From the NCBI GenBank assembly GCA_031362295.1, contig JANLSG010000249.1:1-47100 (forward strand): a DNA stretch of 47,100 nucleotides, read 5' to 3'. Within the stretch, counting starts at the first letter, position 1. Each line of letters begins with the position of its first letter. The stretch comes from Chloroflexota bacterium (GTDB lineage: Bacteria; Chloroflexota; Limnocylindria; Limnocylindrales; CSP1-4). The translations under genes were made by a program, and so were the position numbers. Shown one piece after another: positions 1-8,884 of this stretch. The notes under the pieces are model-generated. The model was not told the origin of the DNA, ran no database searches, and saw only the letters and a list, made by a program, of their open reading frames with translations.

Positions 1-1
1 A

Positions 2-574
2 CTCGTCGCCGAGGGTCACGAGGCTGCGTCGTTCGCCATCGTCGCGTCCGGCCAAAATGGCGCATCGCCGCATCACGAAGCGAGTGACCGAGTCATCCAA
101 CCAGGCGATCCGATCGTCCTCGACATCGGCGGAACGATCGACGGGTACGGCTCGGACATCACCCGGATGCTTTGGGTGACGGGCGGAAGCCCCGCCCATG
201 GCCCAACTCCGGAGTTCCTCGCAGCGTTCGACCTTGTCCGGCGCGCAAACGAGGCGGCGACCGAGTCGGTTCGTCCGGGTGTCAGCTGCGGCGCGCTCGA
301 CGAGGTCGCCCGCACCGTCATCCGCGACGGCGGGCACGGCGCCGAATTCATTCATCGGCTGGGCCACGGGATCGGGCTGGAGGCGCACGAGGAGCCGTAT
401 CTCGTGGCGGGCAATGCCGAAGTGCTCAGGGCCGGCAACGCGTTCAGCATCGAGCCGGGGGTCTATCTCGCGGGCCGATTCGGTGTCCGGATCGAGGACA
501 TCGTCGTGTGCACGAACGACGGGCCGGACGTCCTGAATCGCGCGCCGCACGAGCTCCTGGTGGTCGCCGGCTAG
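2..574 (+). CDS. Xaa-Pro aminopeptidase (M24 family), 5'-truncated by window edge
   Basis: Frame is open from base 2. M24 metal-binding motifs: PHH, LDIGG..GYGSDITR, HRLGHGIGLEAHEEP, SIEPGVY, GVRIED. Confidence 0.93.
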   Translation, partial: LVAEGHEAASFAIVASGQNGASPHHEASDRVIQPGDPIVLDIGGTIDGYGSDITRMLWVTGGSPAHGPTPEFLAAFDLVRRANEAATESVRPGVSCGALDEVARTVIRDGGHGAEFIHRLGHGIGLEAHEEPYLVAGNAEVLRAGNAFSIEPGVYLAGRFGVRIEDIVVCTNDGPDVLNRAPHELLVVAG

Positions 575-691
575 CCCTTCGACGAGGCGGGGTATCATCC
601 CGCCACGGGTGCCTGCCCAGGTGCCCCATCTCGCAGGCGAGCACATGCGCATGACCTTCCAGCGGCGCTCCGGCGCCGCCGATCTCGGCCG

Positions 692-1420
692 ATGAGCCGA
701 CGCTGTCATCACGGTTCGCCTCGCCACGCCCCGCTCGGGCGCATGCCCCGGCGTCCCGCGACGGTGATGCCCGAGCGCCACGCCCCGTCGGCCTCGTACC
801 TGTCTCCGATGACGTCGGCGGTTCCCTCGGCGCCGCACGCCGAGCCGATCGACGAGATCGAGATCGAGTCGCAGTCGCCCGTCGAGGCGGAGGCCGAACG
901 CGCTCCGGAGACAAAGGCGGACGTGGAGGCCCAGCTCGTTCCACAGGCGGAGGCCGAACGCGCCCCGCAGGTGGATTTCGTCGCCCCCGTGGCGCTGCCC
1001 CAGCGTCAGGCCCAACCCGAGCGCCGGCCCGCGCCCGTGGCATACGCGCCGCGGCCCATCGAGTCTCGTCCGGCGCCTCGGCCGGCAGGCCCGCCCGTGC
1101 CGCCTCGGCCGCACGCCGAGGGCGAGGATGCGGCACTCGAGCGCACGGCGACGGCGCCGCAGCTGCGCCGGTTCATCAAGAGTCGCGCCTACGTGCCGAT
1201 GCACGAGCTCCGGCGCCGCTTCCTGATCAACGGTGGCGACGATGACGTGACGCCCGTGGACATCGAGCGCAAGCGCATCTTCGTGGGACTGCCGGAGCGG
1301 GAAGGTCGGCTCCTCGGCGAGCTCCTGCGGGCCGGTGACATCGGCTACGAGCTTTCGCTCGACCCGATCAGCCCGATCGTCGTCGGCGTGTACCCGATGC
1401 GGCCGGTGACCCGCGTCTGA
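692..1420 (+). CDS. Hypothetical protein: Pro/Ala/Glu-rich N-terminus plus compact C-terminal domain
   Basis: C-terminal ~95 aa (LRRFIKSRAYVPMHELRRRF...GDIGYELSLDP..VGVYPM) looks like a real globular domain. Start is uncertain (692, 766 or 809). Confidence 0.7.
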   Translation: MSRRCHHGSPRHAPLGRMPRRPATVMPERHAPSASYLSPMTSAVPSAPHAEPIDEIEIESQSPVEAEAERAPETKADVEAQLVPQAEAERAPQVDFVAPVALPQRQAQPERRPAPVAYAPRPIESRPAPRPAGPPVPPRPHAEGEDAALERTATAPQLRRFIKSRAYVPMHELRRRFLINGGDDDVTPVDIERKRIFVGLPEREGRLLGELLRAGDIGYELSLDPISPIVVGVYPMRPVTRV

Positions 1421-1479
1421 GCTCGCCAAACACACCGTTGCCCGCTCGCAACGAACGCGTCAGCCGAGCGGTCCGCGAT

Positions 1480-1499
1480 CTTGACCGGCGCATGTCAAG
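1480..1499. promoter_or_regulatory. Inverted repeat CTTGAC-N8-GTCAAG, candidate operator
   Basis: Perfect 6-bp arms upstream of a -10-like CATACT (1531-1536) for the 1606 gene. Confidence 0.35.
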
Positions 1500-1605
1500 T
1501 CTGCGACGCTCTCCACTTAGTCCTTTCGTCCATACTGCAACGGAATTGGTACCGCAGGTCCAGCCATCAGATGCGTCGGGTGAAGCCCGACGGGAGGAGT
1601 CCCGA

Positions 1606-2541
1606 GTGAACCGCAAGCGTCTCAGCCGCCTGTCAGCGGCCATCCTCTCCGCCGGCCTGCTCGGGGCCATGGTCGCGGCCGCACCGGCCAGCGCCGCCAC
1701 GCCCGGCTGGCAAATCCTCAACATCCAAAATCTCCCGCCGGTCGTCGCCGACGGCGGCGTCGCGGGCTACTCGTTCACGATCAAGAACAACGGCAGGTCG
1801 AACATCTCGGCGCTGTACCTGACCGATACCTACGTCGGGACGCCGGTGTACTTCTCGAACAGCCGGGGCACCTCGTGCACCCTGAGCCCGGATCTCCGGT
1901 GCGCCTTTGGTGCGCTGAACTCCATGGCGACCATCAACGTGGTCATCGCCTACAGGGTGGGCACCACGGACTTCTCGAACACCTTCACGCTGGACTCCAC
2001 CGGTGACCCCGCCGGCGGCAACAACAGCCACGGCGATAGCCTGCTTGCGCCCGTTACCACGACCGTGTCCACCAGCTCGAACTTCGACGGTGGGTTCACG
2101 ACGGCGGCATCCCAGTTGCTCCAGACCAACCAGACCCTCGGCAACGGCAACAAGCAGGCTTCCAGCCTCGTCTCGCCCTCATCGCTCATCCCGGCGACGA
2201 TCGAGGACGGCATCACGACCGGCGTCCCGTGCACCATCGGTGCGTGCGCCCGCCAGATCGGCGAGTGGACGCAGCTGAGCGTCAACGGTGGGGCAACCTA
2301 CACGAATGCGTTCAAGGTCACGCTCATGATCTGGGGAGGGTCCGTACCGAAGGGCGCAACCGCCAGCAACATCTTCCTGCTCCACACCCGGGACAACGGA
2401 ACCACCTATGCGATCAGCACCGCCTGCAACTCGGCAACCGCGCCGACGAACGCGGAGTGCATCACGGTCACGAAGGTTGGCAGCAACTACAAGATCGTGG
2501 CTTGGCTTCTCTCCAACGGTGGCCTGCGCGGCGGGTACTAA
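1606..2541 (+). CDS. Secreted Ser/Thr/Asn-rich protein with DUF11/Ig-like domain
   Basis: GTG at 1606 after SD GGAGGAG. Signal peptide (RKRLSRL..AAAPASA). YSFTIKNNG..LTDT..C..LRCAFGAL pattern is typical of DUF11. Several Cys pairs. Confidence 0.8.
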   Translation: MNRKRLSRLSAAILSAGLLGAMVAAAPASAATPGWQILNIQNLPPVVADGGVAGYSFTIKNNGRSNISALYLTDTYVGTPVYFSNSRGTSCTLSPDLRCAFGALNSMATINVVIAYRVGTTDFSNTFTLDSTGDPAGGNNSHGDSLLAPVTTTVSTSSNFDGGFTTAASQLLQTNQTLGNGNKQASSLVSPSSLIPATIEDGITTGVPCTIGACARQIGEWTQLSVNGGATYTNAFKVTLMIWGGSVPKGATASNIFLLHTRDNGTTYAISTACNSATAPTNAECITVTKVGSNYKIVAWLLSNGGLRGGY

Positions 2542-5500
2542 CCGGCAGCGTTGATCGGGGGCGCGATCGCTCGCGCCCTCGCTCGATCTCCTTTCGCGAC
2601 CAGAAGCGCGAGCGCCTCACTGAGTGACGCTCGCGCTTCGTCGTTCCAGCCCGCGCGCGTGCGGACGAAGGCCAGCGCCATCAGCGCATCGGCGCGAAGA
2701 CTGATCTCCTCGGTGGGCGCAGCCGCCGCGACGCCGGCCTCGGCCAGCTCGAGCGCGGTGCTGATGTCACCCATGATCGATTGGACGCGTGAGGCGGTCG
2801 CGCGCCAGAGGACCTGCGACAGGAGGTCGTCGTCGTCGGCGATGCTCCGGGCGATACCGGCGAACCGGTCCGCCTCCTCGAGTTGCCCGAGCTCCCACAG
2901 CGCGGCACCGAGCATGGCGGCGATCGTCGACCGCAGGTAGGTCTCGCCGAGCGCCTCGAGCGCGTCATAGTCGCGCCGGAGCTCGCGCTCCGCGGCCTCC
3001 GCGTCACCGGCGAGCAGCTCCACCTGGCCGGAATCGAGGGAGGTAGAGTGGGCATCGATCCCGGCGCCGAGCTCGGCCAGGATCTCCTGGCCGCGCCGGT
3101 AGTGCATCCGGGCCTCGTCGAACTCGAGGTCCATCGCCAGTAGCTGGGCGAGCGCGCCGTGCAGGATCGCCTCGGTCTTCCGATCTCCCTGGACGCCGGC
3201 GAGCAGCTCCCGGCACTGGACGAGCGCCTCTGGCACGGGCACCGGGCCGTGGACGAGGATGTATGCGATCGGCGCGACGCTGCGTGAAACGAGGCGTTCG
3301 TCGCCGGCCTTGCGCGCGTGCTCCACGATGCGGCCCGCTGACCCGGTCGCGTCGTTGAGCCGCCCGAGCATGACCTGGGTGTACATCTCCAGCCGCGCCG
3401 CCCTCGCCAGGCCGGCGTCGTCGCCGGCGACCTCGAGGACCGGAATGGACGAAGCGACAGCCTCGAGCGCGAGGCTGGCGAAGTCGGTTCCCCCGACGAA
3501 CTGCGCCCGGCCCGCCTCGAGCAACGCGACGCGGGCCCCCAGGCGGGCGTCATCGATCGTCGCCGCAGTAGTTCGAGCTTCGTCGAGGACCGCCTTGCAG
3601 TCGTCGAAGGCACCCTGCTGGAGGAGGGCGTCGGCGAGGTCGACCAGCAGCTCGATCCGCGCCCCCGACGATTCCGGCAGCAGCTCCGCCGATCGGCGGA
3701 GCAGGCTCGTCGCCGCGGGCAGGTCGCCGCGGCCGAGGGCCCGCCGTCCGGCAGACGAAAGCTTCTCGGCCGCGCGCTCGCCAACCGCGAGCGCCAGCGC
3801 GTCGATGACGCCGAGGCTCGTCCGGTACTGGAACGCCTGCTCGAGGTGGTAGCCGAGGATCTCCTCGAACTCCAGCTCGCGACCGCGCTCCCGGTTCACG
3901 CGCTCCGCCCAGGTAACGAACTGCTCGTGCAGCGTCGCCCGGGTGCGCTTGAGCATGCTGCCGTAGGCGGTGTCGCGAACGACCTGGTGCCCGAAGCGGT
4001 AGATCACGTCCTCGTCGCCCGTGCGGCGCACGAGCTGCTTGGCTGCCAGCGCGTCGAGATCCGGCTCCAGGCGCGGCCGCACCTCGTCGACCACGAGCTC
4101 CGACAGGGCGTCCATCGGGAACGAGAGGCCGATGACCGATGCCGGATCGACCACCGCGCGCTCCTCGGACTTGAGTGCGTCGAGGCGAGCGGCGACCAGG
4201 GCCTGGACCGTCGGCGGGATCTGGAGCCGGTCGGAGCCGCCGCTGGCCACCCAGCCATCGAGGCCGCGTTGGAGCGCTCCGGTCTCAACGAGCATCGACA
4301 CGATCTGCTCGACATACAGCGGATTGCCTTCCGCGGCGATGGCGATGCGTTTCCGAACGCTCTCCTCGAGCGCGCCAAGCAGCTCCTCGATGATCCGACC
4401 GGAGTCGGCGTCGCTCAGTGGCTGCAGGCGGACGAGCGTCGCGTCGTGGTCGGTGGACCACTCGGCGTGCCGTTCTGCGATCTCGTGCCGCGCCGACCCG
4501 AGGACCAGGATCGCCGCTCCGGTCACGGTCCCCACGAGCTGATCCAGGAAGTCCAGGAACGTTGCCTCGGCGAGGTGGAGGTCATCCACGATCATCACGA
4601 CCGGATGCTCCGCGGCCAGCGTCTCGAGGAGCCGTCGCCCGCCCCACATCAGCTCGGCAACGGAGAATTGGGCGGGCGTCAGGTTGATCGCAGCCGCGAC
4701 GCGCTCGAGGATCGCGTCCCGCTCCGTGCCGGCGCCAGAGCGGTCGAGCAGCCGCCCGATGCGCCGCATGGCGGCGTTCGGGCTGTCCTCGCCGGTGATC
4801 CCGGCAGCCTCGCGCACGACCTCGGCGAGCGGCCAGAACGTGATGCCATCGCCGTACGGGAGACACCGGCCGCGAACGACGTTGGCCTCCGCACGCGCAG
4901 TGATCCCGAACTCGCGGATCAACCGCGACTTTCCGACGCCCGCGTCGCCCACCACCGTGATCAGCCGTGCCCCCTGGCTCTCGATGGCGTCGGACAGGGC
5001 GCCGGAGAGTCGGGCCATCTCCTCCTCCCGACCAACGAAGGGCGTCCCGTGCCCCGGCTCCGCGGCTGCCGTGGCCGCCTGTGCGGTCACTCGGATCAGG
5101 CGGTACGCCGGCACGGGCTCCGCCTTGCCCTTCAGGATCAGCGGCGCCATGAACTCGACCTCGATCTGGTCGCGCGCCAGCCGGTACGTCAGGTCGCCGA
5201 GGACGACCTCGCCGCTGCCCGCCGCCTGCTCGAGGCGCGCCGCCGTGTTCACGGCGTCGCCGGTGACCATGCGCTGCGCGGTGCTCGCGTCGCCCGCGAT
5301 GACCTCGCCGCTGTTGACCCCGATGTGGTTGCTCAGCTCGAGGCCGGCGTCGGTACGGAAGCCCGGGTTCAGCCCGTCGAGCGCCGTCTGCATGTCCGCC
5401 GCGGCGCGGATCGCGCGCGTGGCGTCGTCCTCGTGGCGAACCGGGAGGCCGAAGACGGCCATCACCGCGTCGCCGATGAACTTCTCGACCGTGCCACCGT

Positions 5501-6431
5501 GGCGCTCCAGGGCGACCCGCATGCCCTCGAAATAGCGCGACATGACGTCGCGCATCGTCTCCGGCCCGGGCGCCTCGCCGCTCAGCGAGTGCACCTTGGG
5601 CATGGCGAACACGATCGTCACCGTGCGCCGGCTCTCGCGCGCGACGCTGGTCGAGAGCGACGCCCCGCACGTGTTGCAGAAGCGCATCGAGTCCGGCGAC
5701 TGCTCGCCGCAGCTCGGGCAGATGCGCATGCCCGCCACCGCCTCGGGCACCTCGGCTTCCGCCTCGCCGGCGCGCCCCCTGACCGAGACGAGCCGAAACG
5801 CCGTGAACAGGTCGTCGGAGCCCTTGGGGCTGACGGGGTCGACCGCCTCGAACTCGGCTGCGTTGCCGACGAGCTCGCGGGTCGATTCGTGGACCAGCAC
5901 CTCGAGCGGTGGCGAGTTCTGTTCCATGACCGTCGAAGTGTCGACCGGCGGTCCGAGCAGGACGTGCTGGCCGCTCTCTGCCGCGCCGAACGTGACCTCG
6001 CCGGTCGCAACCCCGGTTCGGACCACGAGCCGGACGCCGTAGCCGGCCTCGAGCTCGTCGTTCAGGGTCGCCAGGGCGCGCTGTGATTCGGCAGCGGCCT
6101 CGAGGGCGCGCAGGGGATCGTCGTCGTGCCGGAACGGCAGCCCGAAGACCGCCACGATTGCGTCGCCGATGATCTTTTCGATCGTCCCGCCGTGCGATTC
6201 AAAGACTGCCCGCATGACGTCGAAGTAGCGGTTCAGGACCTCGCGGAGCGCCTCCGGATCCAAGCGCTCGCCGAGCGCCGTGGAGCCCTTGAGGTCCGAC
6301 GTGACGAGGGTGATGACGCGGCGGACCTCGCCCGCGGCCTCGTCCTGCAGGAGCGATGTCCCGCACATCCCGCACAGCCGGGCCTCGACCGGGTTCGTCT
6401 CGCCGCACGTCCGGCACGCCAGCCCTTCCAC
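2538..6431 (-). CDS. Tandem class III adenylate/guanylate cyclase: zinc ribbon-cyclase-zinc ribbon-cyclase-STAND/AAA ATPase-TPR
   Basis: Two CxxC..CxxC ribbons. Two cyclase domains (SDLKGST..EKIIGD; EKFIGD..GDAVNTAARL). Walker A GDAGVGKS, Walker B VMIVDD. Helical-repeat C-terminus. Confidence 0.92.
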   Translation of the reverse strand: MEGLACRTCGETNPVEARLCGMCGTSLLQDEAAGEVRRVITLVTSDLKGSTALGERLDPEALREVLNRYFDVMRAVFESHGGTIEKIIGDAIVAVFGLPFRHDDDPLRALEAAAESQRALATLNDELEAGYGVRLVVRTGVATGEVTFGAAESGQHVLLGPPVDTSTVMEQNSPPLEVLVHESTRELVGNAAEFEAVDPVSPKGSDDLFTAFRLVSVRGRAGEAEAEVPEAVAGMRICPSCGEQSPDSMRFCNTCGASLSTSVARESRRTVTIVFAMPKVHSLSGEAPGPETMRDVMSRYFEGMRVALERHGGTVEKFIGDAVMAVFGLPVRHEDDATRAIRAAADMQTALDGLNPGFRTDAGLELSNHIGVNSGEVIAGDASTAQRMVTGDAVNTAARLEQAAGSGEVVLGDLTYRLARDQIEVEFMAPLILKGKAEPVPAYRLIRVTAQAATAAAEPGHGTPFVGREEEMARLSGALSDAIESQGARLITVVGDAGVGKSRLIREFGITARAEANVVRGRCLPYGDGITFWPLAEVVREAAGITGEDSPNAAMRRIGRLLDRSGAGTERDAILERVAAAINLTPAQFSVAELMWGGRRLLETLAAEHPVVMIVDDLHLAEATFLDFLDQLVGTVTGAAILVLGSARHEIAERHAEWSTDHDATLVRLQPLSDADSGRIIEELLGALEESVRKRIAIAAEGNPLYVEQIVSMLVETGALQRGLDGWVASGGSDRLQIPPTVQALVAARLDALKSEERAVVDPASVIGLSFPMDALSELVVDEVRPRLEPDLDALAAKQLVRRTGDEDVIYRFGHQVVRDTAYGSMLKRTRATLHEQFVTWAERVNRERGRELEFEEILGYHLEQAFQYRTSLGVIDALALAVGERAAEKLSSAGRRALGRGDLPAATSLLRRSAELLPESSGARIELLVDLADALLQQGAFDDCKAVLDEARTTAATIDDARLGARVALLEAGRAQFVGGTDFASLALEAVASSIPVLEVAGDDAGLARAARLEMYTQVMLGRLNDATGSAGRIVEHARKAGDERLVSRSVAPIAYILVHGPVPVPEALVQCRELLAGVQGDRKTEAILHGALAQLLAMDLEFDEARMHYRRGQEILAELGAGIDAHSTSLDSGQVELLAGDAEAAERELRRDYDALEALGETYLRSTIAAMLGAALWELGQLEEADRFAGIARSIADDDDLLSQVLWRATASRVQSIMGDISTALELAEAGVAAAAPTEEISLRADALMALAFVRTRAGWNDEARASLSEALALLVAKGDRARARAIAPPINAAG

Positions 6432-6461
6432 GGGGTCAGTCTAGCGGCGGGTTCCGTCCGT

Positions 6462-8246
6462 TCAGGCCTTGGCGCCTGCGGTGCCCTTCGGACGGCGGCG
6501 GCGGAGGTCGCGCAGGTCACCCTGGTCCGGGCGGGCGAGGCGGACGAGGTCGGCCGACGACGTGCGTCCGAGTCGTTCGCTGAGCTTCTCGTTGATCAGC
6601 GCGCTGAGTTCCGGCAGCTCCATGATCGACTGCAGCGTCGCACCCGGCACCTCGAGGAGGTCCGTCGTCTCGTCGGCGACGACGTTCGCGGTCCGGTTGC
6701 CGCCGTGCAGCGCGGCGATCTCGCCGAAGAAATCACCCGGCCCCATCGACGAAAGGGCCCGATACCCGCCCTCGTCCGGGATTCCCGCCACGGCCTTGCC
6801 GGCGAGCACGAAGTAGGCGCGATCGCCCGGATCACCGACCTTCACGATCGCCTCGCCAGGTTCGGCGCGGGCCACGGTGAGCCCTGCGAGGAAGTTCGCT
6901 CGCCGGTTCAGGCTGATGGCCCCGATCTCCGGCATGACCGTCAACAGCTTGTCGAAGTCCAGCATCGTCGCAGGACGGCCGGAGCCCACGCGATTAGCGC
7001 TGGGTGCCTTGGCGAGCAGCTGGAGCGTGCGCCGCCATTCCGACCCGCGACGGCCGATGCCCGGCAGCAGCTGGCCGAGGATGCCCGCGCCGACGAGTAT
7101 CAGCGACGCGATGATAATCAGCTCGCGGACCGGGTAGACGTCCGCCAGGGCCGCGCCGCCCATGCCGATGAGGAACAGCACGTCACGCGAGACGGCAAAC
7201 GCGGAGAAGACCCGGCCGCGCATCTCGCGCGGGATGTTCTTCTGCATGAGCAGGCGACGACCGAGGCCCATCGGCGAGTTCAGGAAGCCGGTGACCATGA
7301 CGAGGACGATGGCGACCTCGATGTTCGGGGACAGCCCGTAGAGCACGCCGAACACGCCCATGAGGAAGACCCCGGAGACCATCCACGTGCCCTCGGCGAG
7401 GCGGTCGCCGTACCGCGCCATGAGCAGGCTGCCTGCGACGAAGCCGAGCGAGGTCACGCCCTCCTGGAGCCCGTACTCGAACTCGCTGGCGCCCAGCACC
7501 CGGATCGCCATCGGCAGAAGCAGCACGTTCCACAGGCCGAACGACAGCATGATCGGCAGGTTGATCAGGAACAGGGAGCGGAGGATCGGCGTGCGCCACA
7601 GGTACTTCGCGCCGCTGGTGAGGTTCTCCACCACGACGCCCACCGTCGTGCTCTCCTCGCTGGGCGCCGACTTCGGGACGCGCACCAGGAGGACCAGCAC
7701 GAACGACAGCGCGAAGGTGGCCGAGTCGATGTAGAACGGGAGGTGGATGTCGATGCCGGAGAGCAGGCCGGCGAGTGCGAAGCCGATGGCCGTCGAGCCG
7801 AATGAGCTGATCGACAGGAACGAGTTCGCCGACGTCAGCTCCTCGTCCGAGGCGATCTCCGGCAGGACGCTCTCCCAGGCCGGATCGAAGAAGGTGCGGA
7901 CCGTCGCCGATGCGAACAGCAGCCCGTACATCGCGATCATCCCGGTATCCCGTCCGAGTGCGTCGAAGGCGATCGGGATCATGAGCACGATGACCCCGCG
8001 CAAGAGGTCGGACGCGAGCAGGATCTTCTTGCGGTCGAAGCGGTCGACGAAGACGCCGGCAAACAGCCCGACGAACAGCGTCGGGATGGCCGTGACCATC
8101 AGCACCAGGCCCACGTTCAATGCCGACCCGGTCAGCTTGAAGACGAGGATGCCGGCGGCGAGATCGGTCAGCGCAGAGCCGATGGTCGAAACGAGCTGTG
8201 CCGACCACATGAGCGTGAAGTCGCGCTTGCGGAAGATCTGGAACAT
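6462..8246 (-). CDS. MFS transporter fused to C-terminal cyclic-nucleotide-binding domain
   Basis: MFS motif GVFVDRFDRK and ~12 hydrophobic segments. cNMP cassette GDFFGEIAAL...RTANV. ATG at 8246 lies 8 nt after TAGACT. Confidence 0.92.
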   Translation of the reverse strand: MFQIFRKRDFTLMWSAQLVSTIGSALTDLAAGILVFKLTGSALNVGLVLMVTAIPTLFVGLFAGVFVDRFDRKKILLASDLLRGVIVLMIPIAFDALGRDTGMIAMYGLLFASATVRTFFDPAWESVLPEIASDEELTSANSFLSISSFGSTAIGFALAGLLSGIDIHLPFYIDSATFALSFVLVLLVRVPKSAPSEESTTVGVVVENLTSGAKYLWRTPILRSLFLINLPIMLSFGLWNVLLLPMAIRVLGASEFEYGLQEGVTSLGFVAGSLLMARYGDRLAEGTWMVSGVFLMGVFGVLYGLSPNIEVAIVLVMVTGFLNSPMGLGRRLLMQKNIPREMRGRVFSAFAVSRDVLFLIGMGGAALADVYPVRELIIIASLILVGAGILGQLLPGIGRRGSEWRRTLQLLAKAPSANRVGSGRPATMLDFDKLLTVMPEIGAISLNRRANFLAGLTVARAEPGEAIVKVGDPGDRAYFVLAGKAVAGIPDEGGYRALSSMGPGDFFGEIAALHGGNRTANVVADETTDLLEVPGATLQSIMELPELSALINEKLSERLGRTSSADLVRLARPDQGDLRDLRRRRPKGTAGAKA

Positions 8247-8280
8247 TGCGCCCGAGTCTACCGGGCGTGGCCGCACGGGT

Positions 8281-8859
8281 TCAGGTGGCCGTGATCGGGC
8301 CTCCGAGGTGGACCCCTTCGCGCGAGAGCAGCTCGCGCTTCAGGTCCAGGCCGGCCTGGCGGCCGCCCCACCAGCCGCCACCGTAGCCGCCCAGCGACCC
8401 GTCACCTGCGATGACCCGGTGGCACGGAATCGCGAGCCCGATCGGGTTGCGCCCGACGGCGCCACCGACGGCGCGCGCCGCCCCTGCCCGTCCGATCATC
8501 CGCGCCACTTCGCCGTAGCTCGCCGTCGAGCCGGGAGGGATGCCGCGGACGGCGCCGAGGACGAGCTGATCCCAGGTCGCGCGGTCGGCGAGGTCGATCG
8601 GGATCCCGTCGAGGGCGTCCAGCTCGCCGTCGATGAACCGAGTCAGCCCGTCGGTGGCGGCACGGAGGTGGGTGAGCGGCAGTTCGTCACGCGTCGCGTC
8701 GGCCATGTCCACGGGTGTCGAGCCGAACCGACGCTCGAGGCGCTCGATAAACGCCTCGTTCGACACGAGCTGGTCAAGCGCTGCGAGGCCGCGGCTCGTT
8801 GCCGCGAGTCGCACGGGTCCCCATGGCGCGCTGATGGAGGTGCTGATGACCCGTTCCAC
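8281..8859 (-). CDS. ogt: Methylated-DNA-[protein]-cysteine S-methyltransferase
   Basis: IPPGSTASYGEVA, ARAVGGA, NPIGLAIPCHRV active-site motif. GTG at 8859 follows TATCCT (alternative ATG 8892). Confidence 0.92.
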   Translation of the reverse strand: MERVISTSISAPWGPVRLAATSRGLAALDQLVSNEAFIERLERRFGSTPVDMADATRDELPLTHLRAATDGLTRFIDGELDALDGIPIDLADRATWDQLVLGAVRGIPPGSTASYGEVARMIGRAGAARAVGGAVGRNPIGLAIPCHRVIAGDGSLGGYGGGWWGGRQAGLDLKRELLSREGVHLGGPITAT

Positions 8860-8884
8860 TTCGATCGAGGATAGGCTTTCGAGC

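Noticed and set aside
2538-8246. Pycsar/CBASS/Avs antiphage system
   Set aside because: The cyclase has an ATP-type Lys and a STAND-TPR fusion, the neighbouring cNMP protein is a full MFS carrier, and the context is housekeeping. A defence role is unsupported, though not excluded.
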